Assembly (NCBI GenBank): GCA_016183235.1
Contig: JACPFA010000026.1
Coordinates: forward strand, 33,284-97,283
Origin: Deltaproteobacteria bacterium
GTDB taxonomy: Bacteria > UBA10199 > DSSB01 > JACPFA01
Length of the DNA: 64,000 nucleotides
Direction of reading: 5' to 3'
Each line of letters begins with the position of its first letter. Within the stretch, counting starts at the first letter, position 1. The translations under genes were made by a program, and so were the position numbers. Below the pieces are notes generated by a model. That model had not been told where the DNA came from and did not search any database. It saw only the letters and a program-made list of their open reading frames with translations. Positions 8,491 through 17,322 of this stretch are shown here, in pieces.

Positions 8491-9965
8491 AGTACCCCAA
8501 TCGGCAGCAACAAACTCAACAACCCCAAATTAAGCCCTTGGCTACTATGTGCCGGGCTCAAACTCATTGTGCATTTCAAAAAGGGTTCGTCTGCTTTGGG
8601 CTCAACCCCATCATCAACTGCGGGGTCTCCCTGCCCTTCGGCAATACCAGGGTCTATCATCGGGGCAGGCGCAGGCGGGGCCTCACCCGGCGTCATATCA
8701 CAGGCATTACCCGCGGCATCTTGGTCATAATCGAGTTGATCGGGGTTTGCCACATTGACGCAATTGTCTGCGTCATCTTTAACCCCGTCGCCGTCTAAAT
8801 CATCGGGCACTTTACTAAAATCTTGATCACAGGCATCGCCCAAACCATCGGCATCTGAATCGATTTGTTCGATATTCGGCTCTAACGGGCAATTATCGAT
8901 TTCATTGGCAAAGCTGTCGCCGTCTTCATCAGCTGGTTTGTAATCTGGGTCGCAAACATTGCCTAAACCATTCTTGTTGCCATCGGCTTGATCGGCATTG
9001 GGCTCCATGGGGCAATTGTCGACCCCATTGGGAATGCCATCACCATCGTCATCTTTTGACGCACTGGCAGGCGGTTCTGACGCATCATCGCTCGCCCCAC
9101 CATTATTATCTGCATTGCCGTTGTTAGCCCCACCGTTATTTGCAGCATCTGCTGCATCCGCAATCAAACCACCATAACCCCAGGCTTCATCCCTGGCTTC
9201 AACCACGGGGTCGATCGGTACTCCATAATCGACCACCACAATCGTGGTATAGCCTTCTGCATCAGCAGCTTCTTCTTCAATCACCGGTTCTTCTTCATCA
9301 CTTGGGGGATCAAAACTTGCTTCATCGTTGATTGCACCTTCATCTTCATCGGGAGGTGGTGGGGGGGGAGGTGGTGGTGGTTCTTGCGGCAATTTCCCTT
9401 CGGAATTTAATTGAACCTTTTTTCCGGAGGCATCTTCAACCCATACGTTTTCAAACTTATTGCTGGGCATGGTACACAAGGCTTTCTTAATATCTTTAGC
9501 TTTCACCGTAAAATTTTTGAAGAGGCTATCGGTGATGTTGATATTAAAAACACACTGGCCTTCGGGTGGGTTGACGTTCAACCCATTGAGCACCACCGAT
9601 TGAGCCTTGGATCCATCAAAAATCAGATTCTTGCCATCACCATTGAGATCATTCTGAACTTCCTGACCATAGTCATTATAAGACACAGGCCCCACCTCTA
9701 TGTTCAAACTTAAAATTGGAATGGGAATATTAAAAGATTTACCAGCCGCAAAATCGATTCTTTCCCGGCATTCTCGAGGTTGGCCATTGGCCCCATTAAA
9801 AACATTGATTTTTCGGCATAAGGATATGACCTTGCCAGGATCGCAAGTTTTGGTGCTCACCACCGAGGCATCGTTGGCATCGGTGCAAAAATCTTCTGCC
9901 TGGGCGGCCTGGGCCAGGAATAAATGAAGCAGCACGGCCCCCAAGATACCCACACCCCTTTTCAT
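8439..9965 (-). CDS. secreted thrombospondin type-3 repeat (Ca-binding) protein with a C-terminal Cys + TM tag
   Basis: The likely start is ATG 9965 (MKRGVGILGAVLLHLFLAQAAQA, a signal peptide), in an ATGA overlap with the upstream gene. It has an 11-Pro run, an acidic linker and three DNCPxxxNxxQxDxDxDGxGDxCD repeats. The C-terminus reads KCTMSLSP...LLSLLLPIGVLLSL. Confidence 0.8.
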   Translation of the reverse strand: MKRGVGILGAVLLHLFLAQAAQAEDFCTDANDASVVSTKTCDPGKVISLCRKINVFNGANGQPRECRERIDFAAGKSFNIPIPILSLNIEVGPVSYNDYGQEVQNDLNGDGKNLIFDGSKAQSVVLNGLNVNPPEGQCVFNINITDSLFKNFTVKAKDIKKALCTMPSNKFENVWVEDASGKKVQLNSEGKLPQEPPPPPPPPPPDEDEGAINDEASFDPPSDEEEPVIEEEAADAEGYTTIVVVDYGVPIDPVVEARDEAWGYGGLIADAADAANNGGANNGNADNNGGASDDASEPPASASKDDDGDGIPNGVDNCPMEPNADQADGNKNGLGNVCDPDYKPADEDGDSFANEIDNCPLEPNIEQIDSDADGLGDACDQDFSKVPDDLDGDGVKDDADNCVNVANPDQLDYDQDAAGNACDMTPGEAPPAPAPMIDPGIAEGQGDPAVDDGVEPKADEPFLKCTMSLSPAHSSQGLNLGLLSLLLPIGVLLSLRASPVGERGNPTA

Positions 9966-11173
9966 AAAGATCCCCGCTTTCGTCTTAAAATCAATCCCCA
10001 CAACACTGGGATTCCCCACAACCAGCTCCCCAAATGAGGCGCAGCTGCAGTTAAGCTAAACAAACAATCCGTTCCTTCATCATGCACGCTGGTACCAATG
10101 GTAGCGACCGGTGGTTGGTTCACCGTGGGGGTTTCACTGGTGGCAGGTTTACAAACTTCGGCATTTTGATCGGCATTGGCAAGCGTTGGGCAATTATCTT
10201 GGGCATCGGCCACGCCATCACAATCAGCATCGCCCTCACAGGCAATGTCAAAGATGGGAGTGGGCGTTGGGCTTGAAGCGGGTGCAGTTGGCGTTGGAGT
10301 GGGGGTTGGTGTACCTGAAGGCTGTGTCTCGGGCTCGCCGCTAGGGCTAGGCGTCGGTGATTCGGAAGGTTGTGTTTCGGGTTGAGTTTCGGGTTGAGTC
10401 TCAGGCTCGCTACTAGGGCTTGCCACAGGTGGTGTGCTTGGGCTGGGCGCCGGGCTGGGTGATTCAGATGGCTGTGACTCCGGTTGTGTCTCCGGCTCGG
10501 GTTCCCCCTCGGGAGTTTCATCACAAATATCACCTGTCGCATCATTATCGGTGTCTTTTTGATCTGCATTGGCATGCTCAGGGCAGTTGTCTTGTTCATC
10601 AGGCATGTGATCGAGATCTTTATCGCCTTCAACTTCAACATTTTCTAAAACCAAGTCAAAATCGTCTGGGGCATATTTCCCCTCTTCAATGAAAGGCAGA
10701 TAAGTGCCCGTTTCTACTATCTGCACGGGTAAATTACGCACAACGAAATTGCGGATGACCACCCGCCCTTTGGGGGCATCCACCGTCATGAGGGCGTCAC
10801 CGGGGTCGAGCTTGCTGCCATCTAAAATAACTTTGTAGCCTTTACCCAAATTGCCATCGATCACGAGCAGATTTTTATCTTCATCTTTGGTCGTATCAGA
10901 CAAATTCATGACCCCAATCGTGCTATCGGGGGTAACGGTATAGGTGGTTTCATCATCGGCCTTAAAATTGACGAGCTTAAAATCGATTTTGTTGAGGCAT
11001 TCGAGGTTGAGGTTATAGGCTTGATAGATTTTGCGAGCCAGTGACCCCAGATGGGAAATGTCGTATTTTTTAACCTCGACCGTGCAATGATAGGGATCAG
11101 AAGGCTTGGCCATGGCCGACACCCCCCACAACCCAAAACTTATGACATAGAGTGTCAAGAAAAATCGTTTCAT
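9962..11173 (-). CDS. secreted thrombospondin type-3 repeat protein, paralog of the downstream gene
   Basis: 403 aa with a signal peptide (FGLWGVSAMA) and an N-domain similar to the 8439 protein (NLLVIDGN vs NLIFDGS, IRNFVV vs LFKNFTV). It has DNCPEHANADQKDTDNDATGDICD and DNCPTLANADQ repeats, a P/E/T/Q/S low-complexity linker, and the C-terminus DCLFSLTAAAP-WLWGIPVLWGLIL-RRKR. Confidence 0.8.
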   Translation of the reverse strand: MKRFFLTLYVISFGLWGVSAMAKPSDPYHCTVEVKKYDISHLGSLARKIYQAYNLNLECLNKIDFKLVNFKADDETTYTVTPDSTIGVMNLSDTTKDEDKNLLVIDGNLGKGYKVILDGSKLDPGDALMTVDAPKGRVVIRNFVVRNLPVQIVETGTYLPFIEEGKYAPDDFDLVLENVEVEGDKDLDHMPDEQDNCPEHANADQKDTDNDATGDICDETPEGEPEPETQPESQPSESPSPAPSPSTPPVASPSSEPETQPETQPETQPSESPTPSPSGEPETQPSGTPTPTPTPTAPASSPTPTPIFDIACEGDADCDGVADAQDNCPTLANADQNAEVCKPATSETPTVNQPPVATIGTSVHDEGTDCLFSLTAAAPHLGSWLWGIPVLWGLILRRKRGSL

Positions 11174-11299
11174 TCTAATAGGGTATCGGAGTTCCCCACA
11201 AAATGTTTCGGGGGAATTCTTTTATAATTGCACGAAACAAAATCACCATCCCCACGATAACCCTATTAGACAGGGTAGCACTTACGAAAGAGGTGCCCT

Positions 11300-12004
11300 G
11301 TGAACGATTGGTGGCAATACTTAAAAGGTGCTGAGCTACGTCTGAACTGGCTAATCGATCGCAGCCCCTTTGATACAAGCACGACGAATGTTTTTTCGAA
11401 CACCCATGAAATGAAAGATAGTAGCAAGCCTTCGGGTTTCGGCGTTGGTTATCTTCACAGTGTGGTGGGTAATCGCGATTTAATGGTGGGTGGTATGTTA
11501 GATTTTAATTGGTCCCACCCTCTGCTTAAGAACATTTATCTTGATGATGATGAGGATGGTGATGGTAAACCCGACTTTTGGAAAGCAAGCGAGGTTGAAG
11601 AATTTGTTTGGACGATCAAAGCCCAAGCCCTTTGGAATATCCCAGGAACCGTTGACCAATTTTATGAAGTAGGCCTGGCCGCATTCTTGGGCGGTGGAGA
11701 GCAAGCACTTACCTGTAATTGTGACACAGATGGCGGGATGGTACGTGAAGGGGTAGAATCCAGCGATTTCGTACTCCAAGCGGGAGCCGAATTGAGATTG
11801 CTTTGCGGTCTTTGGTTTATAGCTGTGGGGTTGGATCTTGTCTCTAAACCTATTTTTAATCGAGCAAATGCCGTTCTTGGGCACCCTAGCCAAAAAGTTG
11901 GCTATAATAATAATGGCGATAACCCTCCCTATCGAGTCACAACGGGAATCGACGTTATGGCCCTCTTTGGATTGGGTAAAGATGTTTATGATGCCCTTAA
12001 GTAA
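11300..12004 (+). CDS. hypothetical protein (MNDWW family, short paralog)
   Basis: 234 aa with a GTG start after AAAGAGG. By eye it is ~70% identical to the first ~230 aa of the next gene. An alternating hydrophobic pattern suggests beta-rich structure. No signal peptide is seen. Confidence 0.65.
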   Translation: MNDWWQYLKGAELRLNWLIDRSPFDTSTTNVFSNTHEMKDSSKPSGFGVGYLHSVVGNRDLMVGGMLDFNWSHPLLKNIYLDDDEDGDGKPDFWKASEVEEFVWTIKAQALWNIPGTVDQFYEVGLAAFLGGGEQALTCNCDTDGGMVREGVESSDFVLQAGAELRLLCGLWFIAVGLDLVSKPIFNRANAVLGHPSQKVGYNNNGDNPPYRVTTGIDVMALFGLGKDVYDALK

Positions 12005-12095
12005 AGCTCGCCCATAATTCACGAAACAAAATCACCACCCCAACGATAACCCTAGTAGACAGGGTGAGGGGGCTTTTAAAAAAGAGGTTTTATTT

Positions 12096-13937
12096 ATGAA
12101 TGATTGGTGGAAAGGTTTTGAAGCACGTTTAAATTGGCAAGTTCACCGTAGCGACTTTGATACCAGCGATACGGGGGCTTTTTCGAACACCCATGTAATG
12201 GAGGATGGTGCCAAACCGTCAGGTTTCGGCATTGGTTATCTTCACAGTGTGGTGGGTAATCGCGATTTAATGCTGGGTGGTATGTTAGATTTTAATTGGT
12301 CCCACCCTTTGCTCATGGCCATTAATGATGATGATGGCAACCTTTGGAAAACAAGCGAACTTGAAGAATTTGTTTGGACCATCCAAGGCCAAATGCTTTG
12401 GAACATCACTGGCACTGTTGATAAATGGTATGAAATAGGCTTAGCAGCCTTTATAGCGGGTGGACAACAAGATCTTACCTGTAATTGCGACACGGGGGGT
12501 GGCAATTTACGTAAAGGCTTAGACTCCAGTAGTTTCGTACTCCAAACCGGATTAGAGCTTAGATTACTTCGTGGTCTTTTGTTTGTAAACGTAGGTTGGG
12601 ATGTGATTTCTGGACCCGGTTATAATCGAGAAGATGCCATTGAAGGCGCTCCCAGCCAAGGAATCGATTATAATAATAATGGTGATGATTCCCCAGTTCG
12701 AGTCAAAACAGGGATCGATTTTGGAGCCCTCGCTGGTTTGGGTAAAGATGTTTATGATGCCGCTAGTGGGATTAATGCACGCTATGAGGCAGATGACCGA
12801 AACCACGCTATTGTCCAGGTAAAAGATGCCCTTAGAAGGGTGAAAGATCAAATTGCAGAAGGGAACGGGTTAGTCGCATCTAATGTGAGCGGGGCAGAGG
12901 GCAAAGCTAATGGGGCAAGAGCCGATCTCTCAAGTGCTCAAGGAATCGCCAATTCAAACAATTTAGGCGAAACCGATTATCAAGACAGTGAGATTAATTT
13001 AGTAGCTATTGAAAGAGATCTCGCCACGCTTGACACCGCTATTGCTGCGGCCAAAGCCCGCGCAACTGCCGCTACTCCACGAACACCGTTAGACTTAAAG
13101 GGTGCGGATAATACTAGTGGAAGTACCGAACTAGGTCAGCTTGGTGTGGTAAAAAAAAAGTTTGAAGGTGACAGTGGCTACTTAGCCTTAATCACAGAAG
13201 ATACTTCCGTAGCTGCACGCCAAGTTTCCCTGGCTAGTGGGGGTGACACAACCCTAGCCAACACTCACCTCCCCATTGCTCGCGCTGCCCTAGAAAGCGC
13301 CCAACGAAGATATAGCGACGCTCTAGCTTACGCCAAAGAGGCCAACGACGGCGTCACCCAGTATTATTCAAGCAACGCCGCATACACCACCCTACGAGAT
13401 GCAATCCTCACTCACACCCGCGCCGCCCACGGTAATTTAAGCCGAGCCATTAACGAATACAATACTGCCATTACAGCCTATAATCGCCAGCCCGGCGTAA
13501 CCGCGATTGCAACGCTCAGCTCCCCCTCCCCCGAAGCCCCTCCCGCAGCCGCTGCTGCACGCACAGTAGCACCTCGTCGCGCTGAACCATCCAGACCCAC
13601 AGATTATAAAAGGGTTATCACTGGCCTACTCGACGCCGCAGATAAAAAAATTACCGACGCCAGGACCGCGCTAGAAAAAGATCCTAAAAGAGCCAAACAA
13701 CTCGCCCAGCAAGCCAAAGGTAATGCCACCCGAGCAGGTACCATTGCTAACAAACAAGGAATCACTGACTTTGATGCCCGGATCAAGACTGCTGGGTCTA
13801 CGGCCGTTGGAATCATTAACACCGCCAACGAAAAAATTGCCGTTGCGGCTGCTGCTGCCAAAACAAAGACTGCTGCTCCGGCTCAACCCGCCACCAACCC
13901 CCCAGCTGAACCCGAACCAGAACGCTCAGTGGAATAA
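12096..13937 (+). CDS. hypothetical protein (MNDWW family, long paralog with an Ala-rich helical C-terminal extension)
   Basis: 613 aa with an ATG start after AAGAGG. The N-terminal 230 aa are paralogous to 11300..12004. The C-terminal ~380 aa are Ala/Thr/Lys-rich and predicted helical by composition. Confidence 0.7.
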   Translation: MNDWWKGFEARLNWQVHRSDFDTSDTGAFSNTHVMEDGAKPSGFGIGYLHSVVGNRDLMLGGMLDFNWSHPLLMAINDDDGNLWKTSELEEFVWTIQGQMLWNITGTVDKWYEIGLAAFIAGGQQDLTCNCDTGGGNLRKGLDSSSFVLQTGLELRLLRGLLFVNVGWDVISGPGYNREDAIEGAPSQGIDYNNNGDDSPVRVKTGIDFGALAGLGKDVYDAASGINARYEADDRNHAIVQVKDALRRVKDQIAEGNGLVASNVSGAEGKANGARADLSSAQGIANSNNLGETDYQDSEINLVAIERDLATLDTAIAAAKARATAATPRTPLDLKGADNTSGSTELGQLGVVKKKFEGDSGYLALITEDTSVAARQVSLASGGDTTLANTHLPIARAALESAQRRYSDALAYAKEANDGVTQYYSSNAAYTTLRDAILTHTRAAHGNLSRAINEYNTAITAYNRQPGVTAIATLSSPSPEAPPAAAAARTVAPRRAEPSRPTDYKRVITGLLDAADKKITDARTALEKDPKRAKQLAQQAKGNATRAGTIANKQGITDFDARIKTAGSTAVGIINTANEKIAVAAAAAKTKTAAPAQPATNPPAEPEPERSVE

Positions 13938-13961
13938 TAATAAAAACAAGCAATCCGAAAT

Positions 13962-14045
13962 GGAAGATTCTTTACCATCATGGGTCCCCGCCGGAGTTTA
14001 CCCCTGCGTAGGCAGGGGCAGGGATGACATGGTTCAGAATGACAG
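13962..14045. repeat. GC-hairpin repeat with an inner insert
   Basis: ggaagattc...atcatgggtccccgccggagtttacccctgcgtaggcaggggcagggatgacatgg...aatgacag has a near-copy at 18670-18753. Confidence 0.85.
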
Positions 14046-14069
14046 ACCGATTAAGAAGATGAAATTTTC

Positions 14070-14405
14070 TTAGGCATGCACTTCGTGATTTTCAAATTCC
14101 CTCTGTCTTACAAATTTAATTTCTAAGCGACATTTTAAAGCTTCAGCAACTTGCTGAAGTTTCTCTACAGAATTTCCCTCGTAATCTGCATCTTCCAATC
14201 TCGCAATAGCAGATTGCGAAGTCTTTAGCAGCTTTGCAAGGTCTTTCTGAGAGAGCCCAGCTTCCATTCTTAATTCGCGCACTTGTCTGGCAATTTGATC
14301 TTTTAACTTTTCTTCCTCATAGAGCCGCTGCCATTCGGGATCTTTTTCTATTCTTCGTTTTAGAATTTCTAAACCGTTTGTCGTTTTTCCCATATTGTTC
14401 TCCAT
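14070..14405 (-). CDS. higA: HigA-type antitoxin (XRE-family HTH)
   Basis: HTH motif LSQKDLAKLLKTSQSAIARLE. It lies downstream of the HigB/Gp49-like gene. The start is taken as ATG 14405, directly after AAGGAG (ATG 14393 is also possible); the track ORF extends to 14456. Confidence 0.75.
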   Translation of the reverse strand: MENNMGKTTNGLEILKRRIEKDPEWQRLYEEEKLKDQIARQVRELRMEAGLSQKDLAKLLKTSQSAIARLEDADYEGNSVEKLQQVAEALKCRLEIKFVRQREFENHEVHA

Positions 14406-14412
14406 TATCTCC

Positions 14413-14784
14413 TTAATTATTTTCAGAATAAGAATGAACTGCAGGATTTTTCTCAAAAGTAATTTTTCTTTTTAAGGCCAGCTCAATTTCTTTTAAAGGC
14501 ACCTTTGATGCTTGCTTAATAATTCCATGACTTAAAACAACTGCTTCTCTCCCATGAAAAAAATACAACAACCGATATTGAATGCCCCGAAGGTGCCACC
14601 GTAGTTCATAAATTCCATCTCTTAGAAAATCTGCTTCAGGACGTCGAAGCGCATTTCCTAATTCGGCAAGCCTATCTAATCTAACCTTGCCTTTCGCGCT
14701 CGCTTTCCTAGGGATCTCTTCCATAAATTCCAAAATTGGAACCGAGTTCCCTTCCTTGTAAAATATGATGTTAACAGCGCTCAT
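14413..14784 (-). CDS. higB: HigB / phage Gp49-like toxin (RelE/ParE superfamily)
   Basis: The sequence ...IIFYKEGNSVPILEFMEE...DGIYELRWHLRGIQYRLLYFFHGREAVVLSHGIIK matches the Gp49/HigB pattern. ATG 14784 is preferred over the TTG start of the track ORF at 14817. Confidence 0.75.
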   Translation of the reverse strand: MSAVNIIFYKEGNSVPILEFMEEIPRKASAKGKVRLDRLAELGNALRRPEADFLRDGIYELRWHLRGIQYRLLYFFHGREAVVLSHGIIKQASKVPLKEIELALKRKITFEKNPAVHSYSENN

Positions 14785-14826
14785 AGGAATTATCTCAAAT
14801 CTGAGGTTGTATTTCAAGGGAGAATA

Positions 14827-14842
14827 ATATCAAATTTGATAT
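14827..14842. promoter_or_regulatory. perfect 16-bp palindrome, candidate higBA operator
   Basis: ATATCAAATTTGATAT is its own reverse complement. It lies ~45 nt upstream of the higB ATG. Confidence 0.45.
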
Positions 14843-14916
14843 ATTGCAAGCCCTTGATTTTCAATTGATTTTCACTCGGCAGTTAGAGTCAGAATGGGGG
14901 TCACCCATTCACTACC

Positions 14917-15111
14917 TCATTTTCCACTTGGAGCAACCACCGAGAGATCCTTGCAAATCTTCTTTGCCAACAAGTCGTGAATTTCACGATGCCTTGGAAT
15001 AGTCGAGGTTTGCCTCGTAACAGGATTGAAATAAACCGTATGACTGCCTCCTTCGCGCAAAAACATGCAGCCCTGGCGTTCAAGATGGCGAATAAGTACT
15101 TTTCGTTTCAT
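14917..15111 (-). CDS. hicA: HicA mRNA-interferase toxin
   Basis: 64 aa, ...LERQGCMFLREGGSHTVYFNP...IPRHREI, typical of the HicA/YcfA family. Its start overlaps the upstream hicB stop by 4 nt. Confidence 0.85.
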   Translation of the reverse strand: MKRKVLIRHLERQGCMFLREGGSHTVYFNPVTRQTSTIPRHREIHDLLAKKICKDLSVVAPSGK

Positions 15112-15329
15112 CGAGATATCTTGACCGTTTCACGGATAAAATGACGATCGTGGAGTTGAGACTTTGCAAGGATTTGATTGGTATCTAGAATAAGTTTCAA
15201 CGCCTCTTGCAAATTGCGGCGGGCCTCTTTTAATGTTTTCCCTTGGGTGTTTACCCCCGGCACCTCTTCTATACAGGCTACATACCACTTCCCCACCTTC
15301 TCATAAATTGCGGTAAACACTCGTGTCAT
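15108..15329 (-). CDS. hicB: HicB antitoxin (UPF0150-type)
   Basis: 73 aa, FTAIYEKVGKWYVACIEEVPGVNTQGKTLKEARRNLQEALKLIL, the HicB N-terminal fold pattern. Confidence 0.8.
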   Translation of the reverse strand: MTRVFTAIYEKVGKWYVACIEEVPGVNTQGKTLKEARRNLQEALKLILDTNQILAKSQLHDRHFIRETVKISR

Positions 15330-15545
15330 AAAAACCTCTCATTACTCGTTACTTGCTTCTTACCCGATTTTATTAATGCCACAAAAACTTCTGAAAAACA
15401 ATATGAGATTACCCACCACCCCGGAACGCAAGAATCATGATAGGGGTCTTTCATTACCTCAAAACTTATAAGGCCTTTAGCTAAGATAACCATTTGAGTT
15501 TTAACCAAAACCTATGATACTCTTAAAAAATCAGAGGAGTTTTTT

Positions 15546-15761
15546 ATGAAGTTTTCAGCCATCATCACAAAAGAAGAAAAATGGTATGTTGCACGGTGCC
15601 CTGAACTTAATGTGACCAGCCAAGGCAAGACCTTTGAAGAAGCTCAAAAAAATCTTTCCGAAGCCATCGAATTATACTTAGAAAGTTTTGGAGAAGAAGA
15701 CTTACCCCCCATTGAAGGATCGCCCATTTGGACAACGATTGAGGTTGCTTCGCATGCCTAA
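15546..15761 (+). CDS. hicB: HicB antitoxin (second copy, divergent from the first pair)
   Basis: 71 aa, FSAIITKEEKWYVARCPELNVTSQGKTFEEAQKNLSEAIELYLE. AGAGGAG precedes the ATG. Confidence 0.8.
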   Translation: MKFSAIITKEEKWYVARCPELNVTSQGKTFEEAQKNLSEAIELYLESFGEEDLPPIEGSPIWTTIEVASHA

Positions 15762-15978
15762 GCTTCCCGTTCTTTCGGGGAAAGAACTCATTAAAATTTT
15801 AAAGAAGTTCGGTTTTGAAGAAGTTCGGCAAAAGGGTAGCCACGTTTCATTGCAAAAGATCGCCTCTGAAAAAACTTACCGAACGGTAGTCCCTCTTCAT
15901 TCAGAACTTGCTAAAGGAACCCTGCGCGACATTTTAAATCAATGCGGCATTAAAAAAGAAAATCTCTTTAATCCTTAA
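15754..15978 (+). CDS. hicA: HicA toxin (second copy)
   Basis: The start ATG 15754 overlaps the hicB stop (ATGCCTAA). MPKLPVLSGKELIKILKKFGFEEVRQKGSHVSLQK is classic HicA. The track ORF start at 15688 is an upstream extension. Confidence 0.85.
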   Translation: MPKLPVLSGKELIKILKKFGFEEVRQKGSHVSLQKIASEKTYRTVVPLHSELAKGTLRDILNQCGIKKENLFNP

Positions 15979-15984
15979 GTTGCA

Positions 15985-17277
15985 ATGAGTAAAATTTCTC
16001 AATCTCAAAAATTATTTGCACGGGCAGAGAAAGTGATGCCCGGTGGGGTGAACAGCCCGGTGCGGGCCTTTCAGTCGGTGGGGGGAATTCCGCGGTTTAT
16101 TCAACGGGCCAGCAAAGCCTATCTGATTGACGCAGATGGTAATCGTTACATTGACTATGTGGGCAGTTGGGGGCCGATGATCTTGGGCCATGGGCACCCT
16201 GCGGTTAACCAGGCCTTGCGTCAAACCCTCAAACACGGCACCAGTTTTGGGGCACCGGCTGAAGCCGAAGTCAAGATGGCGGAATTTTTATGTGCACAAA
16301 TCCCTAGCCTCGAAAAGGTGCGGATGGTCAATTCGGGCACAGAGGCCGTGATGGGGGCCTTGCGCGTGGCACGCGGTTTTACGGGTCGGAATAAAGTTTT
16401 GAAATTTGCGGGCTGTTACCATGGCCATGCCGATTACTTACTCGTCAAAGCCGGCTCGGGCGCCCTCACCTTGGGTCAGCCCGATAGCCTGGGCATACCG
16501 GCAGAATTTGCTGCTCACACGTTGGTGGCCCCCTACAACGACTTGGCGGCGGTTCAAGAACTCGCCGAAACTCATGCCGCTGATCTTGCGGCCATCATCG
16601 TGGAGCCGGTGGTAGGCAACATGGGTTGTGTTTTACCTAAGCCTAATTTTTTGCAAGGGTTGCGTCAAATTTGCGATCAAACCGGCGCCTTATTGGTGTT
16701 TGATGAAGTCATGACCGGCTTTCGCGTGCACGAAGCTTGCGCCCAAGGGCTCTACGACATCAAACCCGACCTCACGACCTTAGGCAAAATTATTGGTGGC
16801 GGGCTGCCGGTGGGCGCCTATGGCGGCCGCAAAGACATTATGGCCCTGGTAAGCCCGGAGGGCGGCGTTTACCAGGCAGGCACCCTGTCGGGCAATCCTT
16901 TGGCCATGGCCGCAGGGCTTGCCACGCTTAAAGCCACCCGTCGAAAAAATTTTTACCGCCAATTAGAAAAACAAACGAAGGCCTTAAGCGATGGCCTGTT
17001 GGCTTTAAGCAAAAAACATGGGATTGGCCTTCAAGTGCCCAGTACCTGCGGCATGTTATCGGTGTTTTTTAACGCAAGGCCCGTGCTTAACTTAGATGAT
17101 GCGATGCAATCTAACACCGTGCACTTCAAAAAATTCTTTCATGCCATGCTAGAACAAGGCATTTATCTACCCCCCAGCCCCTTTGAGGCCTGGTTTATCG
17201 GTGCAGCTCATGGCTCAAAAGGAATTGCCAAAACTTTACAGGCCGCTGACAGAGCGTTTGAAAGGTTGGGAACTTAA
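15985..17277 (+). CDS. hemL: glutamate-1-semialdehyde 2,1-aminomutase
   Basis: 430 aa of a class-III aminotransferase, with MPGGVNSPVRAF near the N-terminus and the PLP-Lys context DLTTLGKIIGGGLPVGAYGG. Confidence 0.93.
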   Translation: MSKISQSQKLFARAEKVMPGGVNSPVRAFQSVGGIPRFIQRASKAYLIDADGNRYIDYVGSWGPMILGHGHPAVNQALRQTLKHGTSFGAPAEAEVKMAEFLCAQIPSLEKVRMVNSGTEAVMGALRVARGFTGRNKVLKFAGCYHGHADYLLVKAGSGALTLGQPDSLGIPAEFAAHTLVAPYNDLAAVQELAETHAADLAAIIVEPVVGNMGCVLPKPNFLQGLRQICDQTGALLVFDEVMTGFRVHEACAQGLYDIKPDLTTLGKIIGGGLPVGAYGGRKDIMALVSPEGGVYQAGTLSGNPLAMAAGLATLKATRRKNFYRQLEKQTKALSDGLLALSKKHGIGLQVPSTCGMLSVFFNARPVLNLDDAMQSNTVHFKKFFHAMLEQGIYLPPSPFEAWFIGAAHGSKGIAKTLQAADRAFERLGT

Positions 17278-17322
17278 GTGAAGAAAATGCCTCCCCATCA
17301 TGGATCCCGGGTCAAGCACGAG

